From sequence record OQ992561.1: a stretch of DNA of 64,000 bases; one strand, given 5' to 3'. The notes beneath the pieces are model-generated. The model saw nothing but the letters and a program-made list of their open reading frames with translations. It was not told where the DNA came from and searched no databases. A program made the translations under genes and the position numbers. This document shows positions 28,791-38,276 of this stretch, piece by piece. Within the stretch, counting starts at the first letter, position 1. Each line of letters begins with the position of its first letter.

Positions 28791-29648
28791 ATGAAAGATT
28801 TCATTGATAGTTATCTTACGCCTCTTATACATGAAGAGCGTAAAGAAGTTATCCTAGACTGTGTAGCATCTTTTGAAAAGATCAATTATGTTGCAGCTCT
28901 AGATGAACTAAATACAGTATGTCAGATTCAATCAGGTATCTCAGATAATGCAATGCTTCTTTCTCGCATTGATGATATCATTCGCATTGCACAAGATGAA
29001 ATTCTAAATGAACATCTTATTAAAATTAGTGATGAAGCAACTCAGGCTGAACGGCAAGCTGTTGTTAATACACTCCTTAGTTTAGAAGATTACATTATTC
29101 CAGATGAAGTGAATGATATTCTGTTAGCCGAATATTCACCCGAAGAGACGTTAGCACATCTGGTAGAACTTATCGATACAAGTGTAGATTTCTTAAATAT
29201 CATTGACTTAATTGAAAGTGTATCACCAACACTTATTAGTAATATTACATCATTTATTCAGTCAGTACTTACTACCCGTGGTCAAGCATATGGCAATGTA
29301 AGTAATGTCGAACGGATTAATTTAATTAATCGCCTTATTCGTATTCATACGCGGGCATCATTTAAGTTAGCTATGGAACTAGTTAATGCAGGATTACGTG
29401 TTGGTAAAAGGAATATTGATGACCTATTACAAATTTCATTTGGCCCATTAGATGCTATGACGCCTATTGAAGTTGCTAAAGAAATTGTCGGATTGGTATT
29501 AATTTCAAATACTGAACAGAATGAAATTAGTAGAACCGTAATGAGTATTATAGATGATTTCACATCTAACAATATTGAACGATCTATTATGGAAAATGAA
29601 GCTAAAAAGATTTTAAATAGCATAGGTGATACTAATGAAATTACGTGA
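28791..29648 (+). CDS. Conserved hypothetical protein (gp79-like position)
   Basis: SD aagga before ATG 28791. Confidence 0.7.
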   Translation: MKDFIDSYLTPLIHEERKEVILDCVASFEKINYVAALDELNTVCQIQSGISDNAMLLSRIDDIIRIAQDEILNEHLIKISDEATQAERQAVVNTLLSLEDYIIPDEVNDILLAEYSPEETLAHLVELIDTSVDFLNIIDLIESVSPTLISNITSFIQSVLTTRGQAYGNVSNVERINLINRLIRIHTRASFKLAMELVNAGLRVGKRNIDDLLQISFGPLDAMTPIEVAKEIVGLVLISNTEQNEISRTVMSIIDDFTSNNIERSIMENEAKKILNSIGDTNEIT

Positions 29649-30984
29649 TTATTTTCTAATGGGTATCAATGCTGGATTAGATAAGAAACGAGCATGGGTT
29701 AACGTTTTATTTAATATCGTTTATAACCCAAATGATGGTGGTGAATATCTATACAAGCCATATTTCAAAGATGGTAAAATGTTCTTCTATAAAGAAGGCG
29801 ATTCTAATGATGAAGTTGTTTATATCGACGATTATATTGAAGGTAAACAACCATTAGCATTTCGAGATGAATTCATTTTACAACCTGGTGAAATTGAAAA
29901 CTATAAAGGACCAGGTGCATTAAGAACAACTTATGGTAACGTTTTTGTTAACCATTTAGTATTATGTTTACCTTTTGGTGATCTGTTCCCATTCCAATCT
30001 GGTTATTTCGATATTGGTAAAGTTGAGAAAGAAATTCTTAACCGCATGATCGATGATCCAATTGATGATGATAATCCACCGCGTGCAACTGATGGTAAGT
30101 TATATGTATGGCAATATCGGATGTTTGCAGATCATTGTTTAGCATTGCCAGCATATGCCAGTACCTTGGTAACATCCATTACTGAGAAATCAATGACCTC
30201 TGCACCAGACAGAGATAAGTTACGTAAAGAACTAGAAGAGAAATATAAAGATCGGTTAGATGATCCGGCTGTTATTGCAGAAATGGGTAATGCATTAATC
30301 AAGCTAGATGAGGACTATCTAAAAGACGATCCTTCTTATGAGTTCTATGACACTAAACATAGTAAATTATTTGGTGGCGTGCGTAAGAAAGTATTTGGTA
30401 TGTTTGGTGGGGAAGCGCCATTCCAAGATGGTACATCAGTTGAATATATCGGTAAATCATTGGAAGAAGGCATTGACACTGACCATATGCCAGTAATGAA
30501 TAACTCATTACGTTATGGTTCATATAACCGTGGTGCACAAACAGCCCTAGGCGGTGAGTCAACTAAAACGATTTATCGAATGGTTGGTACAGTCAGGATT
30601 ATTATGGAAGACTGCAATACATGGATAGGTATTCCAACTACTGTTCACCAATTTAATAAGAAAGATTTCATTGGCTTGTCTTATGTTAAGAATGGGAAAT
30701 CTATCCTTATTGAAGAAACTAATATTGATGAACTAGTTGGCACTGAGATTGAACTACGTGGTCCAATGACATGTAAGGCCGGTGGTGATCCAGCTAATGG
30801 TGTAATAGGTAGAGGTAAGAACGTATGTGCTGTCTGTATGGGTAAACAAATGTCAGAGAACCCCAATGGCATTCCGGCAGCAGCAGCAGGTGTTGGTGGT
30901 CGATTCCTATCCATCTTCATGTCTAAAATGCACAGTGCTGTTCTTAAGACTGTTAAATGGTCTTATCGCGATCGCATCAGTTAA
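29635..30984 (+). CDS. Virion RNA polymerase beta'-like subunit (gp80)
   Basis: RTTYGNVFVN, RGAQTALGGESTK bridge helix, EDC, RGPMTC...VCAVCMG Zn site, GGRFLSIFMSKMH trigger loop. Confidence 0.85.
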   Translation: MKLRDYFLMGINAGLDKKRAWVNVLFNIVYNPNDGGEYLYKPYFKDGKMFFYKEGDSNDEVVYIDDYIEGKQPLAFRDEFILQPGEIENYKGPGALRTTYGNVFVNHLVLCLPFGDLFPFQSGYFDIGKVEKEILNRMIDDPIDDDNPPRATDGKLYVWQYRMFADHCLALPAYASTLVTSITEKSMTSAPDRDKLRKELEEKYKDRLDDPAVIAEMGNALIKLDEDYLKDDPSYEFYDTKHSKLFGGVRKKVFGMFGGEAPFQDGTSVEYIGKSLEEGIDTDHMPVMNNSLRYGSYNRGAQTALGGESTKTIYRMVGTVRIIMEDCNTWIGIPTTVHQFNKKDFIGLSYVKNGKSILIEETNIDELVGTEIELRGPMTCKAGGDPANGVIGRGKNVCAVCMGKQMSENPNGIPAAAAGVGGRFLSIFMSKMHSAVLKTVKWSYRDRIS

Positions 30985-31046
30985 AATAGATGGAGAAGTT
31001 ACTCAGCTTCTCCATTATTTAGATTATAACCCGAAAGGAACTAGTA

Positions 31047-32468
31047 ATGTCTAAAAAGAATCAACGATTTGGAAAGTTTCCTCAACTCAATCGTTTACCT
31101 GAAAAACCTATTGTCAAAGACGAAGTTTTATCAGAAGTAACTGAAGATAAGCCAACTTCTGAAATTGGTCGAGGATTAACAAATATTGAATTAGTATCTC
31201 CTGAGGAAGTATATGCTACAGCAGATGATATTAATTCTTCAGTTAATACAGTTAACGATACCTCAGAATTAGCTAAAGTTAATGTAAATGCACTGCGTAC
31301 TGACCATGATATTCCTGAAACATGGACAGATGAAAACGTCATTGAATGGTTTACCAATGATGGCATTGCTAAAGGTAAAACTGAACTCGGTAGCTTTGTA
31401 TTTGACCCAACCCGTAAATATCGTCCTTATGATGAATGGTCAGATGATGAACTAATCGATGCTGCTAACCATCGTCTAACTGGTGTAGTTAATGATATTG
31501 CCGATATTGCTGATGATATTTTAACTAAAAGGGCTAAAGAGAATGAGACTACTGAGGAAGTAATTGTACCGGTAGTTAATGAAGATACTCTGAAACAAGA
31601 TATTCGCAATACTGAAGACAGTATCAAGCTTGAAGAATTAGTCAAGCAACTGCGTATTCACACTAGTGATATTCCACTAGATTGGTCTACCCAAGAAGTG
31701 GTTGATTTTGTTAAACAAGGTATTACTCCACCAAAAACACTACGTGGTAGTTGGGTTAATAGTGTTATTCGTGATAATGCTCCACCTACCGATTGGACGA
31801 CAGCAGAGCTTGAAGACTGGGCTGAAGGACTTATTAAAAATAGTAATCTGATAAAAGATTTTAAAATTGCTATTGAGTTACGCGATCGTTTATTCTTACC
31901 TACCACTAGTCAAGATATTGAAACTATTGTTGAACAATGGAAAGTATTCTCTGGTAAAGATGATATTAAACCAACCGGGGAAGTTAAAATCTTGAATAGT
32001 GAATCAACATCTAATGAACCTGTACTTCGTAAAGGTATGACCAAAATGAACCAAGTATTTATCGAATCTCGTCTAGAGCAGTTTGCCACTGGTGCTAAAC
32101 CTGGTGACTATATCACTATCGAACGTGGTGGTGATGCACAAAAGAAACTAGATGATGTATTCAACTACGTAATGACAATCGAAGATATTGAAGGCTTTAA
32201 ATCAGGCATGGATATTATCTTTGATTTCGTTAAGAAAAATCGTAATACTCTATTTAGTGAATCTAACGCACTTCGCTTTGTTGCTACTCTACCTACTCAG
32301 AATAACCGTCAAGAAGCACACATTAATCTTCTTACTCTATTCTGCCTATTTACTAGTGATGTATCAGATGCGCTTTATCAGGTAGATATTAACTATCTTG
32401 CACGTTTCATCCCTGAAGGTAAGCGGCAACTCGTTCTACACTTCTTCCGGCAGAAAGCTGGTATGTAA
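31047..32468 (+). CDS. gp81-like hypothetical protein with an internal ~53-aa duplication
   Basis: 473 aa. Repeats at aa 88-140 and 208-259. Confidence 0.75.
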   Translation: MSKKNQRFGKFPQLNRLPEKPIVKDEVLSEVTEDKPTSEIGRGLTNIELVSPEEVYATADDINSSVNTVNDTSELAKVNVNALRTDHDIPETWTDENVIEWFTNDGIAKGKTELGSFVFDPTRKYRPYDEWSDDELIDAANHRLTGVVNDIADIADDILTKRAKENETTEEVIVPVVNEDTLKQDIRNTEDSIKLEELVKQLRIHTSDIPLDWSTQEVVDFVKQGITPPKTLRGSWVNSVIRDNAPPTDWTTAELEDWAEGLIKNSNLIKDFKIAIELRDRLFLPTTSQDIETIVEQWKVFSGKDDIKPTGEVKILNSESTSNEPVLRKGMTKMNQVFIESRLEQFATGAKPGDYITIERGGDAQKKLDDVFNYVMTIEDIEGFKSGMDIIFDFVKKNRNTLFSESNALRFVATLPTQNNRQEAHINLLTLFCLFTSDVSDALYQVDINYLARFIPEGKRQLVLHFFRQKAGM

Positions 32469-32569
32469 ACATATTGCCTCCCCTAGGGGAGGCTTTATGC
32501 TGATTATTACTTTTACTAGGCACTAATATAGTACGTAGATAAATATCAATATGTGCTGAGGTTATAGCA

Positions 32570-34486
32570 ATGTCTAATGAACAACAGGTTACAAATAAGA
32601 AAAAGATTAAGGGCATTGAAGCCAAACATATTACTTATTGTACTGATCAATTTGGTAAGTTTACAGATGCACATTTCGTTAAAGAACGAATTCATTTTGA
32701 AGATGGTACAACTGCAAATAATTTAAGGATGTGGGAAAACTACCAGCGTCCTTTTTGGATTACCGCAAAAGGAATGCGTAACCATAAAGAAAAGAAAGAT
32801 TACGAATATGAGCGTAACTTAGTTAAATACATGTCAACTCAAATTGACATGAAACGTAAGATTAGTAAAATCCTAGGTGACTATTCGGCTAGATCTCTTC
32901 GTCAACTAGCGCGTAGTCCTTACCTATATGGCAGTGATGTTAGTTCAACCTGTTATCTGAAGCATGATTATCAAGAACGTTATCCTGGTCTAATCTCTCT
33001 AAACACTGTTGCTGGCGGTGACATCGAAACCAACGTTTATGAAGCTGAGAACGATGGCCAGATTATCTGTATGTCAGTTACACATAAGAACAAAGCTTTC
33101 CTAGCCTATTTAAAACGATGGGTTAGTGATATTGAAGATCCAGTGAAAGAGACATTAGAACAAGCACAAAAAGAAGAGGTATTATCACATCTAATTAAAG
33201 AACGTGGTCTAGATATTGAAGTAATGGTTGTTGAAACACCAGTAGATATTATTATTGAATGTTTTAAACGACTACATACCTGGAAACCAGATTTCTTCGC
33301 ATTCTGGAATATTAGCTTCGACATTGGTAGAATCTTAAAAACATTAGAACACTATGGTGTTAATCCAGCTGATGTTTTTTCTGATCCATCGGTACCTAAG
33401 AATTATAGGTATTTCCATTTTAAGATTGATGAACCTATGACCACCACTGCATCTGGGGTCACTAAATCTAAAGGACCGGAGGATCAATGGCATTGGATTA
33501 CAGCACCCTCTAGTTTTCAATGTATCGATTCTATGTCAACTTATCGAGTAACTCGATTAGCTAAAGGACGTGATCCTAACTATCGGTTAGAGTCTATTCT
33601 TAGAAAAGAACTAAACATCGATAAATCCACGACCATTAAAAATGATAAGGACTTAGAAGATTTTATTGAAGGTTTTAATAAACAACTAGTTGACCGACCA
33701 GGCGGCGTTATTACTAAATATATTAAAAATGTAGGTAGTAATGAATGGGTACCGGTGGATGATTTTATATTAAATGATAACTTTACCTATGGTGATTCTA
33801 TTAGATATGTAATGGAATTTGGTAAGTTAACCTTTAAAGAAACTGCACATCTTGGTGGTATCGATTGGCACCGTGAGATGCAGACTAAGCATAAAATCAA
33901 ATATGGTCTTTATAACATCATCGACTCCATTCGACTAGAACAACTTGATGAACAAGTAAATGACCTTGGTCGCTCTATAAGTCTATTCTCTAAGGCATCT
34001 GACTATAAGAACTTTAGTTCTAACCCAAAACGACTATGTGACGATATGCACTTCTGGTATTTGAATAGACCAGAGCCATGTGTCATTGGTTCAAGTTCAG
34101 ATCAGATGGTGCATGAACTTGATCAATATGTTATTGGCCATAATGATTGGATTGTTACACTACCATCATACATGGCAGGTCCAAATGGATTGCAGTGTGT
34201 TAAAGATTTACCGAATTATAAAACCTTAATCTTCTGTCATATCGCCGACCTTGACATCGTGTCGACATATCCTAACGTTAGTCAGATTCTAAATATTGCA
34301 CGTGAAACATGTGTGATGGAATTCTCAATGATGGAAGGAATTAGTGAACACCATCGCCGTGAAGTTGGCGTAAACTTAACAGGTGGTAGGGTTAATGCTA
34401 TTGAAATCACACAGAAGATCATGGGTGCTCCTAAAATGGACACCCTGCTAGAGAAGTTTATTAATACCTATAAGAACCCAAAGTAA
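32570..34486 (+). CDS. Split family-B DNA polymerase, 3'-5' exonuclease and motif A fragment (gp82)
   Basis: ExoI DIET, ExoII WNISFD, ExoIII YNIIDS, motif A DLDIVSTYP. Motifs B and C are absent. Confidence 0.85.
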   Translation: MSNEQQVTNKKKIKGIEAKHITYCTDQFGKFTDAHFVKERIHFEDGTTANNLRMWENYQRPFWITAKGMRNHKEKKDYEYERNLVKYMSTQIDMKRKISKILGDYSARSLRQLARSPYLYGSDVSSTCYLKHDYQERYPGLISLNTVAGGDIETNVYEAENDGQIICMSVTHKNKAFLAYLKRWVSDIEDPVKETLEQAQKEEVLSHLIKERGLDIEVMVVETPVDIIIECFKRLHTWKPDFFAFWNISFDIGRILKTLEHYGVNPADVFSDPSVPKNYRYFHFKIDEPMTTTASGVTKSKGPEDQWHWITAPSSFQCIDSMSTYRVTRLAKGRDPNYRLESILRKELNIDKSTTIKNDKDLEDFIEGFNKQLVDRPGGVITKYIKNVGSNEWVPVDDFILNDNFTYGDSIRYVMEFGKLTFKETAHLGGIDWHREMQTKHKIKYGLYNIIDSIRLEQLDEQVNDLGRSISLFSKASDYKNFSSNPKRLCDDMHFWYLNRPEPCVIGSSSDQMVHELDQYVIGHNDWIVTLPSYMAGPNGLQCVKDLPNYKTLIFCHIADLDIVSTYPNVSQILNIARETCVMEFSMMEGISEHHRREVGVNLTGGRVNAIEITQKIMGAPKMDTLLEKFINTYKNPK

Positions 34487-34854
34487 TATATCAGTGGAAG
34501 CGCCGAGGAGGATATGAATGTTCATCTGTTGGTGACAAAAGATTCTCGGCTCTTTACGCAAGGCTTCCTGATGGCAGAACAATTGAGGAAGCTTGGCAGT
34601 TAGATTGTAAAGGATATCGCATATACTCCAACCATTGGAAAGCTGGTAAAGGAAAACCACCACTAGACGGGTATAATCCCAAATATGATGATTATAAAAA
34701 TCTGTGGAAAGTATGGGCGGTATCTAATAAACATCTAATGGATGAATTGCGTCAGAATGCAAAAGAACATGATAACTATCTTTCTGATGTTTTTGCTTCT
34801 ACTGATATTTCACAGGCACGTGCTCTAGCAGAACTACTTAATGAAGGATATTAA
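34486..34854 (+). CDS. Unannotated 122-aa NADAR-like protein starting at ATA (or start-loss pseudogene)
   Basis: Open frame (I/M)YQWKRRGGYECSSVGDKRFSALYARLPDGRTIEEAWQLDCKGY...LSDVFASTDISQARALAELLNEGY. ATA overlaps the polymerase TAA. Confidence 0.6.
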   Translation: MYQWKRRGGYECSSVGDKRFSALYARLPDGRTIEEAWQLDCKGYRIYSNHWKAGKGKPPLDGYNPKYDDYKNLWKVWAVSNKHLMDELRQNAKEHDNYLSDVFASTDISQARALAELLNEGY

Positions 34855-34927
34855 AAAATGGAAGGTATTCCTAATTAAATATTATCAATTGATCATTACT
34901 GCTAACATAAACTTCGACACATCATAA

Positions 34928-34950
34928 AACCCTCCCATTACGGGAGGGTT
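34928..34950. terminator. Bidirectional terminator
   Basis: aaaccctccc attac gggagggttt. Confidence 0.7.
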
Positions 34951-34957
34951 TATTTCG

Positions 34958-36472
34958 TTAACTAATTTGGTATTTTAAATTCTGATTACCGTTTAGAACA
35001 TAAATCTTACCGTCATTATTAAACGTATTGGCAAAACCTGCATCCACTAAACCAGTTTCTAAATTACCTAAATTTATCCATCGTGCTAATCGTGGTTCAT
35101 AATACTTAATTGGTGCGTTATTTTGATTTTCACCAGCGATTACATAAAGTTCACCAGATGGGCGTATATTAATAGCTGCACCAAGAGGTATACCTGTAGT
35201 TATTGGTTTGGACCAATTATTGTTGGTTTGATTGTACGATATGATTCCAGTGTTAACACCAGCACCAACCGTACCACCAATAACGCATACGCTATTATTA
35301 TAAATACTCACTGAATAATCTTGGGTATATTCCCCAGTATCATTAAATGCTGCACCACTGGTATATGTATCTGTAGTTGGATTGTACATTAATGTAAATC
35401 CACGATTATTTGTCGCAGTTGTATCAGCTGCACCTAATATGTAGATTAACCCATTAAGACTAGTTCCACGTGCATACCGGCAAGCTATCGTGCCTGGTGA
35501 TTTTATTTCCCATGTATTAGTTGCAGGATCATAACACTGCATATCTTTAGTAAGTACACCATCTGTGGCACTTTCACCACCATAGAAATATACTTTACCA
35601 TTAAATGCAACAGCCGAGCATTGTTTAACTGCTATAGGCGTACCAGTTGGTTGTAATGTTGTTAACTTACCCGTGACTAAATTCAGTGTACGTAGAGCAG
35701 TATTAGCATTATTCTTACCACCGTAATAATAGACTAAGTTACCTATTTGGGCACCTGCTGCCATTTCGTTATCAGTTTCAAAATCAGTAAGTTTAATAAC
35801 ATTATCTTTAACGAATGGATATGTACCACTAGCATAAACCACTGGACGCCAACCTTGGGTTGCAGCACCCGTTTCACTACTTGACGAGCTAGTTATATCA
35901 ATCGCATAGTAGCCACGATAGAGCTGGTCATTAACTGGATCACTACCTGGGTCTCTTCCCCAGTTAGTAGTACCATCAGTGCTAATACCACCAGCGACCG
36001 CTTGGTTAATACCTAAGTCATTATCTGTAAATTTATAAGGCCAGTTAGCACCATTTAAATTAGATACGTGAACATTATAAAGTAACCTTTGCCATTCTGA
36101 TGTGGCACCAGCCATTGTTAATAAACCAAATTTATAAATGTTCCCCATAAATCTAACTTCATAGTCACCATTACGGAGTCCGGCATTATTAAGCCGTGAT
36201 TTTTGTATTGATTTACGAGCTGGTTTCTTTGGTATGTAACAAGTAACATTTTTATTAGAGAACTTTAACCATGGTTGTCCATCATTGATTACTGTTCCAA
36301 ATGTCATATTAACTAATTTAGCTGCATCATCATAACCAAATAATTCTGAAGATGTTGTTTCACCATACAAACCTAATTCCCTTGTCCCAGCTATCAGTGT
36401 TTTAGGACCTGGATAAGGATCGGAATATATAGGCGTATTTGTTAGTCCAGAAGACAACAATAACTCAAACAT
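34958..36472 (-). CDS. Virion protein with phiKZ paralog-type N-domain and Kelch beta-propeller (gp83-like)
   Basis: N-terminal GPKTLIAGT..LGLYGE. Repeated YYYGG, YFYGG, YILGA and CVIGG with YDP.TNTW Kelch signatures. Confidence 0.75.
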   Translation of the reverse strand: MFELLLSSGLTNTPIYSDPYPGPKTLIAGTRELGLYGETTSSELFGYDDAAKLVNMTFGTVINDGQPWLKFSNKNVTCYIPKKPARKSIQKSRLNNAGLRNGDYEVRFMGNIYKFGLLTMAGATSEWQRLLYNVHVSNLNGANWPYKFTDNDLGINQAVAGGISTDGTTNWGRDPGSDPVNDQLYRGYYAIDITSSSSSETGAATQGWRPVVYASGTYPFVKDNVIKLTDFETDNEMAAGAQIGNLVYYYGGKNNANTALRTLNLVTGKLTTLQPTGTPIAVKQCSAVAFNGKVYFYGGESATDGVLTKDMQCYDPATNTWEIKSPGTIACRYARGTSLNGLIYILGAADTTATNNRGFTLMYNPTTDTYTSGAAFNDTGEYTQDYSVSIYNNSVCVIGGTVGAGVNTGIISYNQTNNNWSKPITTGIPLGAAINIRPSGELYVIAGENQNNAPIKYYEPRLARWINLGNLETGLVDAGFANTFNNDGKIYVLNGNQNLKYQIS

Positions 36473-36573
36473 TTTGTGTGCGCCTCTTTTATAATACGTA
36501 GTGCATAAGATTGAATTCTATACAACGCAGCCTTATCTTTATGATTATAAATTAATACTGGTAGAGATATAAA

Positions 36574-37815
36574 ATGCTACATACGATAGAAATCTCTAAT
36601 GAAGTGTTAGATGTGAATGTTAAGCGTGACTTAGGTCCATTGATCGAAGAACATCTAACCAAGATTCGTGATAAATTAGATAATCAACAGAGAATAGATA
36701 TTAATGATTTTAGGTCACTGAGTGATGATGTTTCTAAGATCCTCAATATGAATATAGAGTTTACACACCTGGATGATCAGGGTATAATGGGTGGTGCATA
36801 CACATCCTTTACAGTTGGACATACTGGTAGTAAATTTGACAATATTAATCGAGTTACTTTAGCAACTGAGCAAGGTGTCAATACATTCATTAATATTGAT
36901 TTAACAAATTTAAAAGTTACGGGTGAGGCTGTTTCAACTTTTAAATACAAGGTCGGTTTATCTATTGGTTTATTATCGGCTATTAACCGTGTTAGTATAG
37001 CAGAAGCTACTGCCATTACATTACATGAAATTGGGCATTGTTGGGAAACACTGGCTACAATGGGTGACTACGTCTATCTTAACTATGCACTTACTGAAGG
37101 CATACTTATCTTACAGGGTAGGAAAGCTAATAAGTATAAGATTCAATTATTGGATGAAACATGGTTAAAGAAAAACGTTGATCCAGCCGATTATGAGAAG
37201 TTTGCTAATGATAGGACTGAAGGAAATATTCGTAAAGTCATTCTATCATCATTTAAGAAAGCGCAACGTCCGCATTTAACTGGTGATGTTCAATCACGTA
37301 AACGCGATGAACAATTAGCTGATTTATTCGCCACTCGATTAGGTTATGGAAGGCCACTGGCAACGGCATTAACTAAATCAGGTCGGTATTATAATGACCG
37401 TGAATATAAATCTGTTTCTAGCCATATTACTGCTGAGGTATTCAAAGGTCTATTTATGATCATTGGTTTACCTGTTACACTAGGTATCATTGCCGGTAAT
37501 TTAAAAGTTGGATATGATCCAATTAGTTCACGTTATGACAAACAACGACAACGTTTAATGAAAATTAAACAAGATCTAGTAGCACAACTTAAATGGGTAA
37601 AGGACTCATCACTAAAACCAGGAATTGATGATGACATTAAAGTAATTGATTCATTGATAAATGATTTAGCTAATGAGTGGACCATTTTTGATAAAATTTT
37701 AGATTTCCTTAGTCCCCAGCGTCGTAAAGATAAACGGGCTACTGAATTAGAAGATACTTTAGAAAGTCTATTAAATAATGACTTATTTGTAAGAGCCTAC
37801 CGCTTAACTAAATAG
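36574..37815 (+). CDS. Virion protein (gp84-like) with zincin HExxH...ExxAD motif
   Basis: LHEIGH and DEQLADLFATRLGYG...LATAL.K. Confidence 0.65.
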   Translation: MLHTIEISNEVLDVNVKRDLGPLIEEHLTKIRDKLDNQQRIDINDFRSLSDDVSKILNMNIEFTHLDDQGIMGGAYTSFTVGHTGSKFDNINRVTLATEQGVNTFINIDLTNLKVTGEAVSTFKYKVGLSIGLLSAINRVSIAEATAITLHEIGHCWETLATMGDYVYLNYALTEGILILQGRKANKYKIQLLDETWLKKNVDPADYEKFANDRTEGNIRKVILSSFKKAQRPHLTGDVQSRKRDEQLADLFATRLGYGRPLATALTKSGRYYNDREYKSVSSHITAEVFKGLFMIIGLPVTLGIIAGNLKVGYDPISSRYDKQRQRLMKIKQDLVAQLKWVKDSSLKPGIDDDIKVIDSLINDLANEWTIFDKILDFLSPQRRKDKRATELEDTLESLLNNDLFVRAYRLTK

Positions 37816-37826
37816 AGAGAAAAATC

Positions 37827-38276
37827 ATGCAACAATTAGGTTTTGAACTTTCCCGTATTCTAAAGCAACTGCCTAACTTAGGTGGTTCTGATCGTAAAAC
37901 CCGCGCAATGCTCCTAGCTAATGCGGTGGCATTACAGATTCCATTTGAGATTTTACTTGATTTCAATGAACAACAGGATAAAGCTGTTGCTAAATTTAAG
38001 AAAATCTTAAGTAAAGTTAATGAGAATATTGCAGTTGATACTAAACTAGCCGTAACATATTTTAACAATATTCTTCGCATTCGCCAAAGTCTTATCAACG
38101 GTATTACTGATCCATGTCTTGTCAAAGCTGTACTGACATCTGATACCGCTAATGATTATCTAACTGTCGATGATATCAATATTGTCTCTGCCGTTGTTAA
38201 TGGCCCAGATTATAACCGTATCCAAGCAGACATGGGTAATGCATTAAATCAATTAATCGGTAGTATTGATGAGTGA
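37827..38276 (+). CDS. Virion protein (gp85-like, 149 aa)
   Basis: ORF in the structural operon. Function inferred from position. Confidence 0.65.
   Translation: MQQLGFELSRILKQLPNLGGSDRKTRAMLLANAVALQIPFEILLDFNEQQDKAVAKFKKILSKVNENIAVDTKLAVTYFNNILRIRQSLINGITDPCLVKAVLTSDTANDYLTVDDINIVSAVVNGPDYNRIQADMGNALNQLIGSIDE

Noticed and set aside
32570-34486. DNA polymerase as a truncated pseudogene
   Set aside because: phiKZ-like phages have a naturally split family-B polymerase. The part with motifs B and C (gp50-like) lies outside this window.
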